A stretch of 64,000 bases of DNA from Octopus vulgaris (lineage: Eukaryota), in NCBI GenBank assembly GCA_951406725.2, contig OX597817.1, positions 42,408,001 through 42,472,000 on the forward strand, given 5' to 3'. The translations under genes and the position numbers were made by a program. The notes under the pieces were generated by a model, which saw only the letters and a list, made by a program, of their open reading frames with translations, did not search any database and was not told the origin of the DNA. The number at the start of each line of letters is the position of its first letter. The stretch's first letter is position 1. This document shows, one piece after another, positions 26,511 to 39,514 of this stretch.

Positions 26511-28096
26511 GCATATATATATATATATATATATACATATGTACGTTTGTATATTTGTTGTGCAAGATTTTTTATGTGAAGTCGTGTGTTGAAACAGATT
26601 ACCTGCCAATTTGTTCTTCTGGATACCAAAACCTCTCATACATATACATATACAAGTTGCTGGATATAGTGACCAAATCCCCCTCCAATCTTATAAAAGG
26701 AAGAGTATACTGGATAAATGGTATTAAATATACTATATCTTAATTAAAAGATATCGGGTTATAAGTGAAACACTTTTGATCATAAGCTTGGTACATAAGG
26801 ACCAACTTGGGCCTAAAAACAGCAACAATGATAACAACAACATTAACAACTATAACAACAACAAATGTTTGTACAATACAAAAGTTAATCAAATTGATTA
26901 AACTCCTTGAAAAAAATGACAATGTGCTTTAGAAAGAAATCATTCGTTAAATGAGCATCCATTTGAAAAAGAATTAAAAAAATGAATTTGTTATACTTTG
27001 ACTCTAAGCCTTGTATTAACACAAAAAATTAGGTTTGAAATAACTTCCTATCTTATTTTGGCTTTTAATTCTTGATAATTCTTCAGTGGTTATATTTACG
27101 AAACAAAAAAAAAAAAGAAAGAAAAACGGAAAGAAAGATCGAAATTTTAGAAATTTCACGCATGAATAAATCAACATGACAGGGTTAACTGAAGCAGGAA
27201 TTGAGCTAAAATCTCTTGCATCTCAAAATAAAAATAAGCAAACCTTTGATGTGAAAATGAAGGCCTCAAAATACTCTTTGGTATTAATATATAATATGCT
27301 GAAAAGTAATAAAAATAATAATGCAAAATAGAATAACCAAAATCGACCGAAGGGAACCAAACAAACAATAAAGTCGAGAATTAAATATAAGATAATAGAC
27401 AAGTTACTACAAAAGAAGGAATCGGTGGAAGAAATAAGACAGGAAGGAAAATGAAAGAATACAAATCAACTTTGGAAATTAATCAAAGGAAATAAGTTAA
27501 TCAAACGAAACTGAGCCGAGAATATTAAAACAGAATTACGTAGAGAAAGTGAGATGCATTTTTAATGATATAGAAACTTTCTCCTGTGTTCTCTCACTAA
27601 TTCAAAATATTTCTTAGAACAAGATATTAAATTTTTCTCCTGATAATCTATCTATGAGAAGTTGCCTCAAGAAGTCAGTGTTTTAGACAAATTTGTTTTA
27701 GACTTTCAAAATAAATATAGATAAGAAATTTTCTTAGAATTTTTGTTTCCATAACAAAGTATTTCCAGCTATAAAGTTTTTTTAAGTTTGTCATTAATGG
27801 AAATATTTACCCCGCAAAATTTGCTGTACATACATAAACTTTCTTTGAAAATTTGTCACCAATGGAAATCTTTTCTAGCGATCTATGAATTCAATTATAA
27901 CAGAATACACATATGACAGAAATTTATAGCAATATTTTTCTGTGTCTGTTAGAGGTCAGCTAAAAATATTTCAAACATAGGAACAGAGACCAAAACTCAA
28001 AAAGCCTAATGATAAATGTGGTAAACACTAAAATCCAAGTTTGTAACAGACAGCAGGGAAAGTCTCTTAGTCGTGTTTTATTTTCAATATATAGAA

Positions 28097-28562
<466 letters not shown>

Positions 28563-29105
28563 AATTTGAACTTCGCTTAATTCTATATAATTCATCAATG
28601 AAGATTTTGATCCATTTGCTACCATGTGATTTCAGGTTCAGTCCCACTGTGTAGCACTTTGGATTAGCATCTTCTAAAGTATTGGCTGAACCAATACTTT
28701 GTGATTGAAGTTTAATAGACAGAAAACTCTACTGAAGCCTATATGTTTGTGTGTCTATGCATGTGTGTGTGTGTGTGTGTGTGCATAAATATATGTATGT
28801 ACATATGTATCTATGTATCTATGTATGTATGTTTGTATGTATGTATGTATGTATGTATGTATGCATGTATATGCATACACAGTGCATATATCCTATAAAT
28901 ATAATATGATATCTATATATATATATATATATACATAGAGTGTTAATAATAATCAGGAGAATGGAAATTTTCCACATCTATACTTTTATTAAACAGTTAT
29001 TTACAGAATTCTTTTGTAGTTAGCTGGCCTACAAAACTGACTTAAGAGGAAATACGGTAACCACCAGGATTACATATCCCTTTGAAATCATTCTTGCACA
29101 TATAC

Positions 29106-29137
<32 letters not shown>

Positions 29138-29141
29138 GTGT

Positions 29142-29654
<513 letters not shown>

Positions 29655-29835
29655 CAAGGAAGAAAATGGAGAAGATAATTAATTGACAAACATCAGCTAA
29701 ATCTATTTATTAATTTGAGTCATATGAATAAATAAATAAACAAATAAAAAACAAACGAATGAATATATAATGAGTGAGTATATTGGATATTTATTATCCC
29801 TTAGATGGTTGTCTAACCTCTAACTCATATATACT

Positions 29836-29872
<37 letters not shown>

Positions 29873-30133
29873 GCATATACACACACACATATATATATAC
29901 ATACATACATATACATATACACACAAGTAAACACATAAATGCAAAACAAGGTGAAAAAAATACCAAAGGTAGAGTAATATGCTGCCTTTCATATCAAAGT
30001 TGCAAAAACATCACAAAAAACTTCTATTTTTATTCCATTCTTGATCACAACTGCCAGACAAATAGAAATGTGAAACACTAAATAGAAGTTTTTTCCGATG
30101 TTTTTGAAGCTTTAATATAAAAAATACATACAT

Positions 30134-30546
30134 AGGCGCAGGAGTGGCTGTGTGGTAAGTAGCTTGCTAACCAACCACATGGTTCCGGGTTCAGTCCCAC
30201 TGTGTGGCATCTTGGGCAAGTGTCTTCTGCTATAGCCCCAGGCCGACCAATGCCTTGTGAGTGGATTTGGTAGACGGAAACTGAAAGAAGCCTGTCGTAT
30301 ATATGTATATATATATATGTGTGTGTTTGTGTGTCTGTGTTTGTCCCCCTAGCATCGCTTGACAACCGATGCTGGTGTGTTTACGTCCCCGTCACTTAGC
30401 GGTTTGGCAAAAAAGAGACCGATAGAATAAGTACTGGGCTTACAAATAATAAGTCCCGGGGTCGAGTTGCTCGATTAAAGGCGGTGCTCCAGCATGGCCG
30501 CAGTCAAATGACTGAAACAAGTAAAAGAGAAAAAGAGAAAAAGAGA
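30134..30546 (+). mobile_element. SINE family A copy (CpG-rich, probably young)
   Basis: Complete head, core and tail. Confidence 0.88.
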
Positions 30547-32711
30547 TACATATATTTGTGTGTGAGTTTTAAATACTGACTAAAGAAGGTAGTATTATGT
30601 AAGCATTATCCTAAATAACTACTAGAAACATGCATATTAAATGCATTCAAAATACCAACCTGTTGTATTTATTCTGATGTGTGTATGTGTGTGTGTGTGT
30701 GTGTTTGTAAACAAACCAACATCGATTATTAAGTGTTTTCTGGGGACAAACACAAACACACATACACGTATATGATGGGCTTCCTCATAATTTTCGACGA
30801 CCAAATTCTTCACAAGGTCTTGGCCAACCTGGGGGTATTGTGCATTTTATAACAGTATGTCAGGTCCACATGACATGAAGTTTCGTGAGTACATAGGAAA
30901 CTTTTATCTCATTAGATGCTAGGAGCAGAAAAAAATTTCCTAAAAATTAAAAATTATTAATTATATAAAAAAAAAGTCTTTAAAGAAGTAGATTAACATA
31001 GATCCGATTGACTAAAAATGTTAACTTAGAGATCAATAAAACGCATACCAAACTTAGAACAAGTTCTGCAATCGATATGATTTATCACAAAACCCCTTGA
31101 AGGTGGTCCCCCAGAGTGGCTGTGATTTCTAATGAATGAGACCAGTAAAAGAATGAAAGGGTATGAAGACATTATACACAGCTGAAGACATCAAACACCA
31201 TGAAATATCATGAAATACCATCAAACAGCAGAACCTAGAGGAAAACTACCTACAAGAAACTGTTAAAGTCATCTTGGAGAAAATCCATTTTTCATCTGCT
31301 TAACAATTCTAACTAGTATTTAAGACTAATGGAGCAAAGCACTTGACTTTACGAGCCTAGCAGACTTTAAGTTCTAATCTAAGAAGGAAAAAACAGAATA
31401 CAAAAGGTCACTTTCGAGGGTCTGTGGGGATATGCTGAGATTGGCTCTAATTACTTTCTTATTTCTTTTTATAGTCTTTTATGTTGCGTAAACATGAATA
31501 AAACAGAAGTGAAAAAAATGTTAAAGCAATTTTGAAAGTTTCTCAGTCACGTATAAAAAAAAATCTTGGCCAAATGTTCTGAAATATGTCGATAATTTCA
31601 ACAAAGAAAAATCAATGTGTACAGAAATTTTTCTTCTTTTTTTTTTGTTCTATTATCATCATTATTAGTCATATATGTGTATGTGTACTTGTATTTGTGT
31701 TGCTTTTCTTTCTTTCTTTTTCCCCCACAAGATTAAGAGATTTCTATATTTTAAGTAAAATCCTTATTTGAAAAATGTATGCCATACATCAGAATATTGA
31801 AAAAGAAAGAAAACATTGGTTTTAATGATCTTAATCAATTTATCAATAGAACTGGAAATACAATGTTTTAATCAATGCTACTTGAAATAAAATTTTAATC
31901 AATACATCAATAATATTGGAAAAATAGAATATATAATATTTTTACAGTATAGGTTATAAAATGTTTTGTTTTTTTTTTTTTTAATAAATTTCATCTCGGA
32001 GGAAAGACAAACTTCTAATTCATGTAGATTTCCCACCTTAAATTGAAAACTTAATGCTTAGTTTCCTCTGTAGAAGTGAGTGCTTTTCTCAAAGATACAC
32101 TGTAAATCAGATTCATATTCTACAAATACCATTTGTGGGTGGGTAAATGGTTGTATGACTATAAACTATTTCTGAATTTTATTTTTTTTTTTACTAGTTT
32201 CACTCGTTGAACTGTAGCCATGCCTTGAAGTGTTTAGTCAGACAAATCAATCTCGGTACGTATATTTCCTTATGTCTGGGTCTGGTACATGTTCTGTCAA
32301 TCCTGTTTGCCAGGCAGCTTAGTTACAGGGATATAAACAAACCAACACCAGTGATCAAGTTGTCAAATACACTCACATTAACACACACACACACCATCAT
32401 CATCATCATCATTATCATTGCCATCATCATCCTCATTTCAACAGTCAGTTTTTCCATGCTTGCATGACTCAGACAGAATAAGCAGAGTTTCTACTGCCAG
32501 ATTCCCTTTCTGTTTCCAAGTAAGGTATTATTTCCCCATGACCAAATATACCCTCACAGCTGATTGTCATAAAGGACACCACTTACATATAGGTGACACT
32601 TGTTTACAACCCCACATAATGTCAAGGCAAGGAGACAACACACACACACATATATACATATATAGAGAGAGTGAGATATACATAGATATCATATATATGT
32701 ATGCATATATA

Positions 32712-32748
<37 letters not shown>

Positions 32749-32864
32749 GGAGAGAAAGAGAGAGAGAGAATTAAGTGACAGAACTTCCATAAAGTAATTC
32801 GATTAATATATATATATATGTTGTTTTTTGTTCCTTCTCAAGCCATGCCTGGCCCATAAGGGCC

Positions 32865-32927
<63 letters not shown>

Positions 32928-33024
32928 TGTATGTATGTATGTATGTATGTATGTATGTATGTATGCATGTATGCATGTATGTATGTATGTATGTATGTAT
33001 GTATGTATGTATGTATGTATGTAT

Positions 33025-33186
33025 ACAATGGGCTTCTTTAAGTTTCAGTCTGGCAAACTATCAAATCCAACTCATAAGGATTTCTATAGTAGAAGATACT
33101 TACCCAAGTGTGTCATGCAGTACGACTGAACCAAAGTCCATATGATTGCAAAATGAGTTTCTTGACCACCCAGCCATGCCTGTGCC
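33025..33186 (-). mobile_element. Diverged SINE family A 5' half, directly downstream of U6
   Basis: Minus strand ggcacaggcatggctgggtggtcaag...ttggttcagtcgtactg...ttgggtaagtatcttctactatag; a 3' part is at about 32190-32355. Confidence 0.7.
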
Positions 33187-33190
33187 AACA

Positions 33191-33272
33191 GAATTGTGGA
33201 ATGCTTCATGAATTTGCATGTCATCTTTGAGTAGAAGCCATGCTAATCTTCTCTTAAAATATGTATTGCCAA
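33191..33272 (-). pseudogene. U6 snRNA pseudogene (diverged, internal deletion)
   Basis: 33191-33254 matches the reverse complement of the conserved metazoan U6 3' 64 nt at about 53/64 (compared from memory), including agagaagattagcatgg; several mismatches are at CpGs; atatgtattgcc resembles the more 5' part of U6. Confidence 0.85.
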
Positions 33273-33280
33273 AATATTTC

Positions 33281-33555
33281 CTTTATTTCTTTTATATGTT
33301 TCAGCTGAAAGGTTGTCGCCATGCTGGAGCACCACCAGTGTAATCATCTTCTCAGTGGCCAATATTATGTGATTGGCTTTTGGTGAAGGAGGGAGTTTTC
33401 AACAGAGCTGCCCTCTTTTGAGTTTCTTGCCTTGATATAGATTCATTTGGGACCTTGGACAGCAGGAGATCAAGTTGTTTCTTGAAAACATCTACCCCTA
33501 TGCCATAAAGATATAACTTTTTCAGACTGTTAAATTTCTGCACCACAAGTCCATA
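33281..33555 (-). mobile_element. 3' end of a CR1/L2-group LINE
   Basis: KFNSL...GVDVFKKQLDLLLSKVPNE resembles the CR1-group ORF2 C-terminus; followed by tail ggtgctccagcatggcgac...ctgaaacatataaaagaaataaag. Confidence 0.65.
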
Positions 33556-33865
33556 TGAGAGGTTCTCTCATGGTAAATAACACAGTTTTCTGTGTTCTAA
33601 CATAATATCCACTTTTAAGTAAGGGTATATATATTTTAGTATTAATATGGCTTTTGCCTTTATTACATATAATTTTTTATATAAAAAAAACACTTATGAA
33701 TTTAACAACCATATGTGTATATAAACAAACTTACATTTGTTTTTATGTTTTAACATTTTTTTATTTTTAGAAGCTTCAAATGTGTATTATATGATACAGA
33801 CAAGAAAATAATATTTTCAAATGCAGTATCGTCCTTAAAACAGCAGAAAAATTGGTTATTTATGA

Positions 33866-34196
33866 ATTTGGTTTGCAAGATTCCTGATCTGTTATCATGT
33901 ATTGAAACAGATATTGTTAGATTTCAGGATAGTCATTTTTTACTTCCCAAATAAACACAAGCACTATATGTTCCTTTTTAACTCATTTATCATTTTTATT
34001 TTATCTTATGTCCATTGTCTGGAAATCTTTCATCACACACCTGTGACCTCTTCAACGACTCTCCCATCAAAAGTGTCTCCTCCTGTTCAGGACATAAGAT
34101 AAAATAAGAACAATAATAAAAGAGTGAAGAATGGATATATAGTGCATGTGTTTATTTGGCAAGAAAAAAAATGACCATTCCAAAATATAACAATAT
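33866..34196 (-). mobile_element. Penelope-derived foldback element
   Basis: Inverted arms 33911-34013 and 34090-34196 homologous to the PLE 3' end (23960-24070); extension 33866-33910 matches 22608-22660. Confidence 0.75.
34017..34059 (-). ncRNA. Minimal type I hammerhead fold
   Basis: gtcg-ttgaaga-g-gtcaca ggtg tgtgat-GAAA-gat-TTC-cagac; first core base is T instead of C. Confidence 0.6.
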
Positions 34197-34695
34197 ATAA
34201 AAAAGATAAATTTAAAATGGCATCCAGTTTTACGTTAACATATAATGTACAGCCTGACTCTATACATGTGGTATATTGCTGTTACCTGTCATAGACATGA
34301 CTGGGTGCTGATCAAAAACTGAAATTTATCTGAAACCAATTTTCAAAGCATCCTTGTATTGGCATATCAGAATGCTTGATCAATAGAGTCTTTCAAAGTA
34401 CTTTATTGGTTACATAGCTATACGTTATGGATTTGCCCAAACATAACCAAAGGATTCTACACCTCAGTAACATAAAGCATTGTAGTGTTGTTACTGTTGT
34501 TGTTGACATCGTTGTTCTTGTTATTGATGTTGTTGGTGGTGGTGAGGGTGGTGGTGGTAGTTGTTTAGCCTGAGGTCAGCTCTGGCTAAACATACTATGT
34601 TCAAAGGTGTTTCCAGCAATGACCATACTAACTTTGTTTGTATATCTACAACTATGTTTTCCAAAGATTTTTTTATCATTATTTCATTATTATCT

Positions 34696-35085
34696 AGGCA
34701 GTGAGCTGGCAGAAACATTAGCACACTGGGCGAAATGTGTAGCTGTAGTTCATCTGCCGTTATGTTCTGAGTTCAAATTCCGCTGAGGTCGAATTTGCCT
34801 TTCATCCTTTCGGGGGCGATAAATTAAGTACCAGTTTCGCACTGGGGTCGATGTAATCGACTTAATTCCTTTGTCTGTCCTTGTGTGTCCCCTCTATGTT
34901 TAGCCCCTTATGGGCAATAAAGAAATGAGATGCTTTACATTCTGAGTTCAAATTCTGCCGAGGTTGACTTTGCCTTTAATCTTTTCAGAATTGATAAAAT
35001 AAGTACCAGTTGAGTACTGGGGTCGATGTAATTGACTGATCCCCTTCCCTACACTTGCTGGTGTTGTGCCAAAAGTTGAAACCAT
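34696..35085 (+). mobile_element. SINE family C copy
   Basis: Colinear with 8323-8743. Confidence 0.8.
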
Positions 35086-36199
35086 TATTATTATTTTTTG
35101 AGAAGAGTGAAGGATGATTTGAGGTAAATTAGCTTTTATTTCCATCAGTCAACTGACTGTGTAGAGGTCCCTCCTTGACTTGTAATGCTTAAATACTCCC
35201 CTTCATCTAACAAAAAAATTGGATAATGTGGTCCTTGGTACATCTAAAAGACAAAGTGGTGCCAATTGGAATGTTTTTCTTCATAGATCTACTAAGTTAC
35301 AATTAACCCAGGATTAAAAAACAAATAACAACCTGTTTTCTATTAATGTATTGGATCTGTTAAAGCTGATGGTCTGCTGGTTAGAGTGATGGCCTCACGA
35401 TCATACATGCATTTGCTCACATCCTGGACTTAACAACACCTTGCATCCTTGAGCAAGGCACTTCTTTTCATGTTGCTCCTGTCTACTTGACTAAAAAGTT
35501 GGTACCAGCTGATTTCTAGGGTGGCCCTCACTCCTTCCAGCAGTCACCTCCTTGGCGTTTCATGGAGGCAATGGTGAGGTGGGGGAAAGGGGATGTTCAG
35601 GAAAATATCTAGGTCTGCTCATGACTACTCAGATCATCATCATCATCATTTAACGTCTGTTTTCTATGCTGGCATGGGTTGGACAGTTTCACAAGAGCTG
35701 ACCAGCTAAGGGCTGTTCAGTCTCCATATCTGTTTTGGTATGGTTTCTATGGTTGGATGCCCTTCCTAACTCTAACCACTTTACAGAGTGTGCTTTTAAA
35801 CTGCACCAGCATGGGTGCTTTTTATGTGGCACCAGCACTTACAAGCCCACAAGATTAGGGGTGCTCATCCGGAGAGGGTTGCAAGGGATGAGCCTGTATG
35901 CAAAGACAACCATGCTTTTACTTAGCTTGATATGTCTTTTCAAGCATAACAAACTGCCAGGAGTCTCGGTCCCCTGACATTCCCCTCTGTGAGTACCAAC
36001 ATCAGTAGATCCTTTCTCACCACTTTGTCCCATATCTTCCTGGGTCTAAACAATTAGTGAAAGCATAGTACATGCTACAAAGATACATACATTTACAAGT
36101 AACAGCTAAGCTATTTTAGAGTCTGGAGGATAATACAATACCTGTGGCCTTTACAGGATTTTCTGAACTAGTGAGATTAATTTTAGATCAGTCGTTGTC

Positions 36200-36686
36200 A
36201 TGGCCAATGATAGTACCGCCTGATTGGAACCTGTGCTGGAGGCATGTAAAAAGCACCATTCAAGCATGGTCAGTGCCAGTGCTGCCTGACTGGTCCCGTG
36301 CTGTTGGCATGTAAAAAGCAACATTTGCGTGTGATTGTTGCCAGTGCCGCCTGACTGGCTCCTCTGCCAGTGGCATGTAAAAAGTACTATTCAAGCATAA
36401 CCAATGCCAGTACTGCCTGATTGGCCCTCGTGCCGGTGGAATGTAAAAAGCACCCACTACACTCACGGAGTGGTTGGTGTTAGGAAGGGCATCCAGCTGT
36501 AGAAACATTGCCAGATCGGACTGGAGCCTGGGGCTCATCAGCCCTCAGTCCAACCGTCCAACCTGTGCCAGCATGGAAAACGGATGTTAAATGATGATGA
36601 TGATGATGATGACGACAACGATGATGACGACGACGGGAATGATGACGACGACGGGAATGATGACGACGATGACAACGAGGATGATC
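36200..36686 (+). mobile_element. RTE 3'-end copy with several 60 bp units and an expanded (GAT/GAC)n tail
   Basis: Same tail family; an inverted copy lies at about 35634-35835. Confidence 0.8.
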
Positions 36687-37945
36687 TCAACCATTTTTTA
36701 CCTATGGACCCTTTTGATTCCTATTTTACTCAGGTGTACCCTCATAGCCGTTCAGTGTTTTTTTTTTTAAATCACATATTTTTATAATGAAATGTTATTA
36801 GGAATTGTATAAAAAATATTTCAACAATACTCTGTATATTGTAGGCGTTTAACCAATATATTGTGTTATAAATTTCAACATCAAAATCTTATATGTTCCC
36901 CTGAGGGTCATTTGAGAACCATTGTTTTAGATCATTGGAGAACATGGTCAGTGCATGTATGCAAATCACAAATATCTGAAAACATCTTGTTCAGTGATTC
37001 AAGCTGTTCAATTATATTTGATGTATCTGCAGTTATTGAAATTCTCACCTATAGTAAATTTGTCCTATTTTCAGTGACAGCAAAAATGTCTCATATATTT
37101 TACAGAATCACTTTGAATTTGAAACACAGAAATCCTCCAAACTGTCACCATATATAAATGAATAAAAATTTGCAACAGAATTTCAATTGAATTTGACAAG
37201 ACTGAAATTTTTTTTTTTAATTTCTTCATTTTTTATTTTTTATTTTATTTATTCACTTATTTGTAGTCTAAAACTCTTCTTGCAAATTAACATTACATGT
37301 TGTCAATGATCAATAATAATGTGAAAGCTCTATAGGATATAACAACTAGACATCAACAAATTGATGTAGACCAATAAATTGGCAGAAATAGTAAATTGCT
37401 ATGCAATGTCGTTGCTGAGCTACATAGGAGGGGGTCTTTTGTCTCGTCACGTAACCTGCTAGAAATAACAGCTAAATTTTTTCAAAGCATACACTATTGC
37501 TGACTTTAAAGAAAAAAAGGCTATATTGGATAGTGTAATCCAAGATATATTATCTGAAAAAAATATGCACTAGGTGCAGGTGAGGCCGTATGATAAGAAG
37601 TTGGCTTCCTAACCACGTGATTCTGAGTTCACTTCCACTGCATGGCACCTTGGACAAATGTCTTTTACTTTAGGCTCAAGCCAACCAAAGCCTTGTGAGT
37701 GGATTTGGTAGATGGAAACAGAAAGAAGCCATTCATATACATGTATATATAAATAACTGGCACTCTGTCAATTACAACCACAGGGGTTCCAGTTGATCCA
37801 ATCAATGAACGGGCTGCTCAGGAAATTAACATGCAAGTGGCTGAGAATTCCACAAATATATGTACCCTTAATGTAGTTTTCGGGGAAATTAAAGATGACA
37901 CAGTGTGACAAAGTTAGTCCTGAGTATATATATATATATATATAT

Positions 37946-38165
37946 ACTCTTTTACTCTTTTACTTGTTTCAGTCATTTGACTGCGGCCATGCTGGAGCAC
38001 CACCTTTAATTGAGCAACTCGACCCCGGGACTTATTCTTTTGTAAGCCCAATACTTATTCTATCGGTCTATTTTGCCGAACCGCTAAGTAAAGGGGACAT
38101 AAACACACCAGCATCGGTTGTCAAGCAATGCTAGGGGGACAAACACAGACACACAAACACACACA

Positions 38166-38202
<37 letters not shown>

Positions 38203-38357
38203 GACGGGCTTCTTTCAGTTTCCATCTACCAAATCCACTCACAAGGCTTTGGTCGGCTATAGTAGAAGACACTTGCCCAAGGTGCCACGCAGTGGGACTG
38301 AACCCGGAACTATGTGGTTGGTAAACAAGCTACTTGCACACAGCCACTCCTGTGCCT
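37946..38357 (-). mobile_element. SINE family A copy fused at its 5' end to U6
   Basis: Complete SINE on the minus strand; its first bases aggcacaggagtggctg directly follow ccatattttt. Confidence 0.88.
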
Positions 38358-38396
38358 AAAAATATGGAACGCTTCAAGAATTTGCGTGTCACCCTT
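38358..38396 (-). pseudogene. U6 snRNA 3'-terminal fragment
   Basis: aaaaatatggaacgcttcaagaatttgcgtgtcaccctt matches the reverse complement of the U6 3' end at 37/39 (compared from memory). Confidence 0.9.
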
Positions 38397-38582
38397 ATAT
38401 ACTGTTGTGTCTGGGGAGAGTCATTTTCTTTTTGTGCCTTATAATGTAACACACTCACCAGTAAAATTTTACCACTGAGTGTGTTAAATTATAAGGTACA
38501 AAAAGAAAATGACTCTCCACAGACACAACAGAATATGATTCAACACACGAACTCACATAAAGAATCTTGTAAACCAAATCCC
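38397..38582. mobile_element. Near-perfect foldback (61 bp arms) with PLE-type terminal extension
   Basis: Arms at 38397-38457 and about 38476-38536 differ at about 4 positions; following ttcaacacacgaactcacataaagaatcttgtaaaccaaat resembles the family terminus at 21474, 22608 and 47200. Confidence 0.8.
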
Positions 38583-39514
38583 AAACTGAAATATATATAT
38601 ATGATCATCGTCATCGTTGTCGGCATCGTTTAATGTCCAACTTCCATGCCTGCATGGATAGGATGGTTGACAGGAGCCAGCCAGGTATAAAATCTACCCA
38701 AGGCTGCTATGTCTGTTTTGGCAGGAATTTTACGGTTGGATGCCCTTCCTAACACCAACTACTCTGTAGAGTGGACTCAGTGCTTTTTATGTGGCACTAG
38801 CACAGGCTAAGTTAGATTTGGCAAGAGTTTTACAGCTGGGTGCCAACCATGTTAGTGTAGACAGGCTGCTTTTAATATATATATATGTGTGTGTGTTTGT
38901 GTTTGTCCCCAATCACAATTTGACAGCCTGGAACTTAGCAGTTTCACTCTTTCATCCTTGCAGCTTGTATTACTCTGGCGCAATAAGTGTCATGAGCCCA
39001 ATTGCTATCAGGATGCAGGATCTGTATTGGGTTATATTCTTTTAGATGAGTGGCTAAAAAGCTAAAAGGTCTCATCTGCCCTAGGTAGGGTTTCTGTTAG
39101 TGACCTTCTTCCAGAAGCAGTGTTATGACATGTTAATTAATCCATACTTGGAACCCTAACATGTACAGCTACTCCAGGTCAGATTAGACCTGGGAACAAT
39201 GTGGCTAAAAGGGGTTCCACATTTTTCAAAACCCTAGAACTACCAAACCAGGGCCCCACACAGGCAAGAATTCTTTGGGGTGTCCCTAAACTTTGAACAC
39301 ATAGGCAAAATGTATATTTTCAAGAAATACATGTAGAATTTTCAACATTTTATTCAATTGGAATATCAACAAAAAACATCTTCAATATGATTTCCACCAT
39401 TTGTGATGCAAAGATCAATGCACTTTGCAAGATTTATGTGAACCTGATGCAATAATGCCACACTACCATCAATTTGAGCACAAACCTATATTTAATCTGT
39501 GGAGGTAAGAAAAT

